Below, one piece after another: positions 54,201 through 64,000 of a DNA stretch of 64,000 nucleotides (its first letter is position 1; each line of letters begins with the position of its first letter). Source of the stretch: Haplodiscus bocki. Lineage: Eukaryota. Position numbers and translations under genes: made by a program. The stretch spans positions 89,838,001-89,902,000 of the forward strand of contig OZ296655.1 in NCBI GenBank assembly GCA_965655095.1, given 5' to 3'. A model generated the notes under the pieces. That model was not told the origin of the DNA and did not search any database. It worked only from the letters and a program-made list of their open reading frames with translations.

Positions 54201-57200
54201 CAATTTCATATCCGGGGATTTGCCGGATTTTTCATTTTTTAACTTTAGTTTAAGAGTCCCGGGACTACCCTCTGAGAAACCATTAAACCTAACGTAACGC
54301 TTCGAACTTTATCTTATCTGAACACGTTCTCGAAGTATATCTACCCTAAAGACATCCAAAGTAAACGTTATTTTATTACATTATCAACGTGTAAACTAGC
54401 CTATTGCTTTTTGGACGTGTACCCTTACGTAATACGTTGCAGAAGTATACCCCATTTGAAATTTTTTCTGGAGTACTTTCTATTTTATTACGTTCCAAAA
54501 TATAGCCTATCTTCCGCATTGTTGATCTATACTATCTTTCGACATACTGTTGCCTATCTCGAGACATTTCCGAAATATGGCGTATCCTTTTACATTACGA
54601 AACTATGTAACCACAAAGCCAATATTTAGCCTCTCTTGATAAAATGCCGCTCTTTTTTAGGACAATATCAAAAAATGGCGTATTGTTATACAAAAGCAAC
54701 CTACCTCAAAACATTGAAAAACAGTAGCCTATCTTAAAAGACTGGCGAGCTGAAGCTAATGTTAAAGAACTTCCACCCTGTCTTTACACAATCTCGGAAA
54801 AAAAATTTCCCTCGTATAGCCTGTCTTTTTACAATCACGTCGGATTTCGCATAAGTGTTTTCAGCCGTTCAGAGTTCATCATTACGTTGCGCAAGAGTTC
54901 TCGATTGAAATAGAAATTTTGTCGCGACTCTCATATCAAATCGGTTTCATGTAGCTAATTTTAAAACATGGGAATCTTCAAGACTTAAAAAACAATACCA
55001 ACAAATTAGGCCCTAACGCAGAGAAGATATTCAGAAGAAGTCAACTATCGAAGTCTTCGACGCTGCAGATAATTGTTGCTTACATGCTGCAACAGTGAAA
55101 GTAAGAAACTTTCGGAAGAATAACACTTCAATTCCTATTGAAATCTTCGAAGACTAAATTTCACTAGGTCTTGATTTACCTTCTTTGCAACTTGCTTTTA
55201 GAATTTTTCATAATTTGAACATCAGTTCGATATTTTGGCAAAGTATCAAGTCAAAACAGTGTCTGCAGTCATCCTAAACTTTCCACAGGCGTCATAATTC
55301 TTCCACATCGTTCCTCCTACAAACTTGTTGTCGCTGCAATTTCATATCCGGGGATTTGCCGGATTTTTCATTTTTTAACTTTAGTTTAAGAGTCCCGGGA
55401 CTACCCTCTGAGAAACCATTAAACCTAACGTAACGCTTCGAACTATATCTTATCTGAACACGTTCTCGAAGTATATCTACCCTAAAGACATCCAAAGTAA
55501 ACGTTATTTTATTACATTATCAACGTGTAAACTAGCCTATTGCTTTTTGGACGTGTACCCTTACGTAATACGTTGCAGAAGTATACCCCATTTGAAATTT
55601 TTTCTGGAGTACTTTCTATTTTATTACGTTCCAAAATATAGCCTATCTTCCGCATTGTTGATCTATACTATCTTTCGACATACTGTTGCCTATCTCGAGA
55701 CATTTCCGAAATATGGCGTATCCTTTTACATTACGAAACTATGTAACCACAAAGCCAATATTTAGCCTCTCTTGATAAAATGCCGCTCTTTTTTAGGACA
55801 ATATCAAAAAATGGCGTATTGTTATACAAAAGCAACCTACCTCAAAACATTGAAAAACAGTAGCCTATCTTAAAAGACTGGCGAGCTGAAGCTAATGTTA
55901 AAGAACTTCCACCCTGTCTTTACACAATCTCGGAAAAAAAATTTCCCTCGTATAGCCTGTCTTTTTACAATCACGTCGGATTTCGCATAAGTGTTTTCAG
56001 CCGTTCAGAGTTCATCATTACGTAGCGCAAGAGTTCTCGATTGAAATAGAAATTTTGTCGCGACTCTCATATCAAATCGGTTTCATGTAGCTAATTTTAA
56101 AACATGGGAATCTTCAAGACTTAAAAAACAATACCAACAAATTAGGCCCTAACGCAGAGAAGATATTCAGAAGAAGTCAACTAGCGAAGTCTTCGACGCT
56201 GCAGATAATTGTTGCTTACATGCTGCAACAGTGAAAGTAAGGAACTTTCGGAAGAATAACACTTCAATTCCTATTGAAATCTTCAAAGACTAACTTTCAC
56301 TAGGTCTTGATTTACCTTCTTTGCAACTTGCTTTTGGAATTTTTCATAATTTGAACATCAGTTCGATATTTTGGCAAAGTATCAAGTCAAAACAGTGTCT
56401 GCAGTCATCCTAAACTTTCCACAGGCGTCATAATTCTTCCACATCGTTCCTCCTACAAACTTGTTGTCGCTGCAATTTCATATCCGGGATTTGCCGGATT
56501 TTTCATTTTTTAACTTTAGTTTAAGAGTCCCGGGACTACCCTCTGAGAAACCATTAAACCTAACGTAACGCTTCGAACTATATCTTATATGAACACGTTC
56601 TCGAAGTATATCTACCCTAAAGACATCCAAAGTAAACGTTAGTTTATTACATTATCAACGTGTAAACTAGCCTATTGCTTTTTGGACGTGTACCCTTACG
56701 TAATACGTTGCAGAAGTATACCCCGTTTGAAATTTTTTCCGGAGTACTTTCTATTTTATTACGTTCCAAAATATAGCCTATCTTCCGCATTGTTGATCTA
56801 TACTATCTTTCGACATACTCTTGCCTATCTCGAGACATTTCCGAAATAAGGCGTATCCTTTTACATTACGAAACTATGTAACCACAAAGCCAATATTTAG
56901 CCTCTCTTGATAAAATGCCGCTCTTTTTTAGGACAATATCAAAAAATGGCGTATTGTTATACAAAAACAACCTACCTCAAAACATTGAAAAACAGTAGCT
57001 TATCTTAAAAGACTGGCGAGCTGAAGCTAATGTTAAAGAACTTCCACCCTGTCTTTACACAATCTCGGAAAAAAAATTTCCCTCGTATAGCCTGTCTTTT
57101 TACAATCACGTCGGATTTCGCATAAGTGTTTTCAGCCGTTCAGAGTTCATCATTACGTAGCGCAAGAGTTCTCGATTGAAATAGAAATTTTGTCGCGACT

Positions 57201-60200
57201 CTCATATCAAATCGGTTTCATGTAGCTAATTTTAAAACATGGGAATCTTCAAGACTTAAAAAACAATACCAACAAATTAGGCCCTAACGCAGAGAAGATA
57301 TTCAGAAGAAGTCAACTATCGAAGTCTTCGACGCTGCAGATAATTGTTGCTTACATGCTGCAACAGTGAAAGTAAGGAACTTTGGGAAGAATAACACTTC
57401 AATTCCTATTGAAATCTTCAAAGACCAAATTTCACTAGGTCTTGATTTACCTTCTTTGCAACTTGCTTTTGGAATTTTTCATAATTTGAACATCAGTTCG
57501 ATATTTTGGCAAAGTATCAAGTCAAAACAGTGTCTGCAGTCATCCTAAACTTTCCACAGGCGTCATAATTCTTCCACATCGTTCCTCCTACAAACTTGTT
57601 GTCGCTTCAATTTCATATCCGGGGATTTGCCGGATTTTTCATTTTTTAACTTTAGTTTAAGAGTCCCGGGACTACCCTCTGAGAAACCATTAAAACTAAC
57701 GTAACGCTTCGAACAATATCTTATCTGAACACGTTCTCGAAGTATATCTACCCTAAAGACATCCAAAGTAAACGTTATTTTATTATATTATCAACGTGTA
57801 AACTAGCCTATTGCTTTTTGGACGTGTACCCTTACGTAATACGTTGCAGAAGTATACCCCATTTGAAAATTTTTCTGGAGTACTTTCTATTTTATTACGT
57901 TCCAAAATATAGCCTATCTTCCGCATTGTTGATCTATACTATCTTTCGACATTTTGTTGCCTATCTCGAGACATTTCCGAAATATGGCGTATCCTTTTAC
58001 ATTACGAAACTATGTAACCACAAAGCCAATATTTAGCCTTTCTTGATAAAATGCCGCTCTTTTTTAGGACAATATCAAAAAATGGCGTATTGTTATACAA
58101 AAACAACCTACCTCAAAACATTGATAAACGGTAGCCTATTTAGAAGACTGGCGAGCTGAAGCTAATGTTAAAGAACTTCCACCCTGTCTTTACACAATCT
58201 CGGAAAAAAAATTTCCCTCGTATAGCCTGTCTTTTTACAATCACGTCGGATTTCGCATAAGTGTTTTCAGCCGTTCAGAGTTCATCATTACGTAGCGCAA
58301 GAGTTCTCGATTGAAATAGAAATTTTGTCGCGACTCTCATATCAAATCGGTTTCATGTAGCTAATTTTAAAACATGGGAATCTTCAAGACTTAAAAAACA
58401 ATACCAACAAATTAGGCCCTAACGCAGAGAAGATATTCAGAAGAAGTCAACTAGCGAAGTCTTCGACGCTGCAGATAATTGTTGCTTACATGCTGCAACA
58501 GTGAAAGTAAGGAACTTTCGGAAGAATAACACTTCAATTCCTATTGAAATCTTCAAAGACTAACTTTCACTAGGTCTTGATTTACCTTCTTTGCAACTTG
58601 CTTTTGGAATTTTTCATAATTTGAACATCAGTTCGATATTTTGGCAAAGTATCAAGTCAAAACAGTGTCTGCAGTCATCCTAAACTTTCCACAGGCGTCA
58701 TAATTCTTCCACATCGTTCCTCCTACAAACTTGTTGTCGCTGCAATTTCATATCCGGGATTTGCCGGATTTTTCATTTTTTAACTTTAGTTTAAGAGTCC
58801 CGGGACTACCCTCTGAGAAACCATTAAACCTAACGTAACGCTTCGAACTATATCTTATCTGAACACGTTCTCGAAGTATATCTACCCTAAAGACATCCAA
58901 AGTAAACGTTATTTTATTACATTATCAACGTGTAAACTAGCCTATTGCTTTTTGGACGTGTACCCTTACGTAATACGTTGCAGAAGTATACCCCGTTTGA
59001 AATTTTTTCCGGAGTACTTTCTATTTTATTACGTTCCAAAATATAGCCTATCTTCCGCATTGTTGATCTATACTATCTTTCGACATACTCTTGCCTATCT
59101 CGAGACATTTCCGAAATATGGCGTATCCTTTTACATTACGAAACTATGTAACCACAAAGCCAATATTTAGCCTCTCTTGATAAAATGCCGCTCTTTTTTA
59201 GGACAATATCAAAAAATGGCGTATTGTTATACAAAAACAACCTACCTCAAAACATTGAAAAACGGTAGCCTATCTTAAAAGACTGGCGAGCTGAAGCTAT
59301 TGTTAAAGGACTTCCACCCTGTCTTTACACAATCTCGGAAAAAAAATTTCCCTCGTATAGCCCGTCTTTTTACAATCACGTCGGATTTCGCATAAGTGTT
59401 TTCAGCCGTTCAGAGTTCATCATTACGTAGCGCAAGAGTTCTCGATTGAAATACAGATTTTGTCGCGACTCTCATATCAAATCGGTTTCATGTAGCTAAT
59501 TTTAAAACATGGGAATGTTCAAGACTTAAAAAACAATACCAACAAATTAGGCCCTAACGCAGAGAAGATATTCAGAAGAAGTCAACTAGCGAAGTCTTCG
59601 ACGCTGCAGATAATTGTTGCTTACATGCTGCAACAGTGAAAGTAAGGAACTTTGGGAAGAATAACACTTCAATTCCTATTGAAATCTTCAAAGACCAAAT
59701 TTCACTAGGTCTTGATTTACCTTCTTTGCAACTTGCTTTTGGAATTTTTCATAATTTGAACATCAGTTCGATATTTTGGCAAAGTATCAAGTCAAAACAG
59801 TGTCTGCAGTCATCCTAAACTTTCCACAGGCGTCATAATTCTTCCACATCGTTCCTCCTACAAACTTGTTGTCGCTTCAATTTCATATCCGGGGATTTGC
59901 CGGTTTTTTCATTTTTTAACTTTAGTTTAAGAGTCCCGGGACTACCCTCTGAGAAACCATTAAACCTAACGTAACGCTTCGAACAATATCTTATCTGAAC
60001 ACGTTCTCGAAGTATATCTACCCTAAAGACATCCAAAGTAAACGTTATTTTATTACATTATCAACGTGTAAACTAGCCTATTGCTTTTTGGACGTGTACC
60101 CTTACGTAATACGTTGCAGAAGTATACCCCATTTGAAAATTTTTCTGGAGTACTTTCTATTTTATTACGTTCCAAAATATAGCCTATCTTCCGCATTGTT

Positions 60201-63200
60201 GATCTATACTATCTTTCGACATTTTGTTGCCTATCTCGAGACATTTCCGAAATATGGCGTATCCTTTTACATTACGAAACTATGTAACCACAAAGCCAAT
60301 ATTTAGCCTTTCTTGATAAAATGCCGCTCTTTTTTAGGACAATATCAAAAAATGGCGTATTGTTATACAAAAACAACCTACCTCAAAACATTGATAAACG
60401 GTAGCCTATTTAGAAGACTGGCGAGCTGAAGCTAATGTTAAAGAACTTCCACCCTGTCTTTACACAATCTCGGAAAAAAAATTTCCCTCGTATAGCCTGT
60501 CTTTTTACAATCACGTCGGATTTCGCATAAGTGTTTTCAGCCGTTCAGAGTTCATCATTACGTAGCGCAAGAGTTCTCGATTGAAATAGAAATTTTGTCG
60601 CGACTCTCATATCAAATCGGTTTCATGTAGCTAATTTTAAAACATGGGAATCTTCAAGACTTAAAAAACAATACCAACAAATTAGGCCCTAACGCAGAGA
60701 AGATATTCAGAAGAAGTCAACTAGCGAAGTCTTCGACGCTGCAGATAATTGTTGCTTACATGCTGCAACAGTGAAAGTAAGGAACTTTCGGAAGAATAAC
60801 ACTTCAATTCCTATTGAAATCTTCAAAGACTAACTTTCACTAGGTCTTGATTTACCTTCTTTGCAACTTGCTTTTGGAATTTTTCATAATTTGAACATCA
60901 GTTCGATATTTTGGCAAAGTATCAAGTCAAAACAGTGTCTGCAGTCATCCTAAACTTTCCACAGGCGTCATAATTCTTCCACATCGTTCCTCCTACAAAC
61001 TTGTTGTCGCTGCAATTTCATATCCGGGATTTGCCGGATTTTTCATTTTTTAACTTTAGTTTAAGAGTCCCGGGACTACCCTCTGAGAAACCATTAAACC
61101 TAACGTAACGCTTCGAACTATATCTTATCTGAACACGTTCTCGAAGTATATCTACCCTAAAGACATCCAAAGTAAACGTTATTTTATTACATTATCAACG
61201 TGTAAACTAGCCTATTGCTTTTTGGACTTGTACCCTTACGTAATACGTTGCAGAAGTATACCCCATTTGAAAATTTTTCTGGAGTACTTTCTATTTTATT
61301 ACGTTCCAAAATATAGCCTATCTTCCGCATTGTTGATCTATACTATCTTTCGACATTTTGTTGCCTATCTCGAGACATTTCCGAAATATGGCGTATCCTT
61401 TTACATTACGAAACTATGTAACCACAAAGCCAATATTTAGCCTCTCTTGATAAAATGCCGCTCTTTTTTAGGACAATATCAAAAAATGGCGTATTGTTAT
61501 ACAAAAACAACCTACCTCAAAACATTGAAAAACAGTAGCCTATCTTAAAAGACTGGCGAGCTGAAGCTAATGTTAAAGAACTTCCACCCTGTCTTTACAC
61601 AATCTCGGAAAAAAAATTTCCCTCGTATAGCCTGTCTTTTTACAATCACGTCGGATTTCGCATAAGTGTTTTCAGCCGTTCAGAGTTCATCATTACGTAG
61701 CGCAAGAGTTCTCGATTGAAATAGAAATTTTGTCGCGACTCTCATATCAAATCGGTTTCATGTAGCTAATTTTAAAACATGGGAATCTTCAAGACTTAAA
61801 AAACAATACCAACAAATTAGGCCCTAACGCAGAGAAGATATTCAGAAGAAGTCAACTATCGAAGTCTTCGACGCTGCAGATAATTGTTGCTTACATGCTG
61901 CAACAGTGAAAGTAAGGAACTTTGGGAAGAATAACACTTCAATTCCTATTGAAATCTTCAAAGACCAAATTTCACTAGGTCTTGATTTACCTTCTTTGCA
62001 ACTTGCTTTTGGAATTTTTCATAATTTGAACATCAGTTCGATATTTTGGCAAAGTATCAAGTCAAAACAGTGTCTGCAGTCATCCTAAACTTTCCACAGG
62101 CGTCATAATTCTTCCACATCGTTCCTCCTACAAACTTGTTGTCGCTTCAATTTCATATCCGGGGATTTGCCGGATTTTTCATTTTTTAACTTTAGTTTAA
62201 GAGTCCCGGGACTACCCTCTGAGAAACCATTAAAACTAACGTAACGCTTCGAACAATATCTTATCTGAACACGTTCTCGAAGTATATCTACCCTAAAGAC
62301 ATCCAAAGTAAACGTTATTTTATTATATTATCAACGTGTAAACTAGCCTATTGCTTTTTGGACGTGTACCCTTACGTAATACGTTGCAGAAGTATACCCC
62401 ATTTGAAAATTTTTCTGGAGTACTTTCTATTTTATTACGTTCCAAAATATAGCCTATCTTCCGCATTGTTGATCTATACTATCTTTCGACATTTTGTTGC
62501 CTATCTCGAGACATTTCCGAAATATGGCGTATCCTTTTACATTACGAAACTATGTAACCACAAAGCCAATATTTAGCCTTTCTTGATAAAATGCCGCTCT
62601 TTTTTAGGACAATATCAAAAAATGGCGTATTGTTATACAAAAACAACCTACCTCAAAACATTGATAAACGGTAGCCTATTTAGAAGACTGGCGAGCTGAA
62701 GCTAATGTTAAAGAACTTCCACCCTGTCTTTACACAATCTCGGAAAAAAAATTTCCCTCGTATAGCCTGTCTTTTTACAATCACGTCGGATTTCGCATAA
62801 GTGTTTTCAGCCGTTCAGAGTTCATCATTACGTAGCGCAAGAGTTCTCGATTGAAATAGAAATTTTGTCGCGACTCTCATATCAAATCGGTTTCATGTAG
62901 CTAATTTTAAAACATGGGAATCTTCAAGACTTAAAAAACAATACCAACAAATTAGGCCCTAACGCAGAGAAGATATTCAGAAGAAGTCAACTAGCGAAGT
63001 CTTCGACGCTGCAGATAATTGTTGCTTACATGCTGCAACAGTGAAAGTAAGGAACTTTCGGAAGAATAACACTTCAATTCCTATTGAAATCTTCAAAGAC
63101 TAACTTTCACTAGGTCTTGATTTACCTTCTTTGCAACTTGCTTTTGGAATTTTTCATAATTTGAACATCAGTTCGATATTTTGGCAAAGTATCAAGTCAA

Positions 63201-64000
63201 AACAGTGTCTGCAGTCATCCTAAACTTTCCACAGGCGTCATAATTCTTCCACATCGTTCCTCCTACAAACTTGTTGTCGCTGCAATTTCATATCCGGGAT
63301 TTGCCGGATTTTTCATTTTTTAACTTTAGTTTAAGAGTCCCGGGACTAGCCTCTGAGAAACCATTAAACCTAACGTAACGCTTCGAACTATATCTTATCT
63401 GAACACGTTCTCGAAGTATATCTACCCTAAAGACATCCAAAGTAAACGTTATTTTATTACATTATCAACGTGTAAACTAGCCTATTGCTTTTTGGACGTG
63501 TACCCTTACGTAATACGTTGCAGAAGTATACCCCGTTTGAAATTTTTTCCGGAGTACTTTCTATTTTATTACGTTCCAAAATATAGCCTATCTTCCGCAT
63601 TGTTGATCTATACTATCTTTCGACATACTCTTGCCTATCTCGAGACATTTCCGAAATATGGCGTATCCTTTTACATTACGAAACTATGTAACCACAAAGC
63701 CAATATTTAGCCTCTCTTGATAAAATGCCGCTCTTTTTTAGGACAATATCAAAAAATGGCGTATTGTTATACAAAAACAACCTACCTCAAAACATTGAAA
63801 AACGGTAGCCTATCTTAAAAGACTGGCGAGCTGAAGCTATTGTTAAAGAACTTCCACCCTGTCTTTACACAATCTCGGAAAAAAAATTTCCCTCGTATAG
63901 CCCGTCTTTTTACAATCACGTCGGATTTCGCATAAGTGTTTTCAGCCGTTCAGAGTTCATCATTACGTAGCGCAAGAGTTCTCGATTGAAATACAGATTT
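48271..64000 (+). repeat. Layer 4: highly homogenised young monomers (1134-1136 bp)
   Basis: All copies carry AGCCGTTCAGAGTTCATC, GTTCTCGAAGTATATC, GTGTAAACTAGCCTATTGC and CCTTACGTAATAC. Neighbours differ by only a few bases, and identical ORF translations repeat. Confidence 0.95.
56386..64000 (+). repeat. Dimeric HOR (2270 bp) with a superimposed tetrameric period (4540 bp)
   Basis: The ORF MKVRNFGK occurs only at 57366, 59636 and 61906 (step 2270). Private variants recur at a step of 4540: CTGAAGCTAT 59291/63831, CCCGTCTTTT 59361/63901, ATACAGATTT 59451/63991, TAAAACTAAC 57691/62231 and TATTATATTA 57781/62321. Confidence 0.92.

Larger units (their letters stand above)
1..64000 (+). repeat. 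Single-family tandem satellite array, about 60 monomers, head-to-tail, truncated at both window ends
   Basis: The anchor GTCAAAACAG(T/C)RTCTGCAGTCATCCTAAAC and the downstream CCCGGGACTACCCTCCG recur through the whole window on the + strand, for example at 1, 2701, 6798, 14161, 17181, 21241, 28040, 37100, 49571, 57521 and 63196. I found no unrelated sequence and no inverted copy. Confidence 0.97.
21241..64000 (+). repeat. Regular macrosatellite: 37 full plus 1 partial monomers, mean about 1134 bp
   Basis: 38 anchors from 21241 to 63196, (63196-21241)/37 = 1133.9, with individual spacings of about 1127-1138. Repeat-derived ORFs recur with the same period (48733, 49868, 51003, 52139, 53275, 54411, 55547). 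Confidence 0.97.

Noticed and set aside
48478-63710. Recurrent 60-72 aa ORFs (MDVYPY..., MDVFRV..., MKVRNF...) as a tandem gene family
   Set aside because: They are short, often start at TTG/GTG, and have no recognisable domain. They are opened and closed by single substitutions or 1 bp indels between monomers (e.g. an in-frame TAA at about 56848). Their recurrence just reflects DNA identity.
21241-64000. Tandem 5S rDNA, tRNA, snRNA or histone gene cluster
   Set aside because: The unit size is compatible, but I recognise no 5S, tRNA or U-snRNA sequence and no histone ORF on either strand. No segment shows the near-invariance expected of a functional RNA. An Infernal/Rfam scan would settle it.
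1-64000. Taxonomic assignment
   Set aside because: The organisation indicates a eukaryote and the retained CpG is compatible with an invertebrate, but nothing in the window supports a specific taxon or a named satellite family.

Overview
The whole 64 kb is one non-coding, head-to-tail, single-orientation satellite DNA family, most likely from a eukaryote. I see no credible protein, RNA gene, CRISPR array or autonomous transposon, and every ORF in the track is a 60-118 aa by-product of the repeat. The window appears to capture the edge of a large array, layered by age from left to right. (i) 1-5.7 kb: divergent short monomers of about 0.6-0.8 kb. (ii) 5.7-21.2 kb: divergent short and long (about 1.0-1.26 kb) monomers mixed, with old dimer duplications. 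(iii) 21.2-48.3 kb: fixed-length monomers of about 1134 bp forming mosaic subfamilies. (iv) 48.3-64 kb: near-identical 1134-1136 bp monomers that become a 2270 bp dimer and a 4540 bp tetramer higher-order repeat (HOR). Each monomer has three modules: a conserved core (anchor GTCAAAACAG...CCCGGGACTACCCTCCG), a degenerate minisatellite of 28 bp and 21 bp units, and an optional module of about 335 bp carrying a CCAAT box, TTACGTAA and short palindromes. The most interesting points are the nested build-up (7 > 21/28 > 49/98 > ~717 > ~1134 > 2270 > 4540 bp), the stepwise decay of the CCAAT box towards the young core, and turnover of the TTACGTAA site at the 48.3 kb layer boundary. Coordinates were read by eye and block edges are approximate. 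Centromeric function is a hypothesis only.
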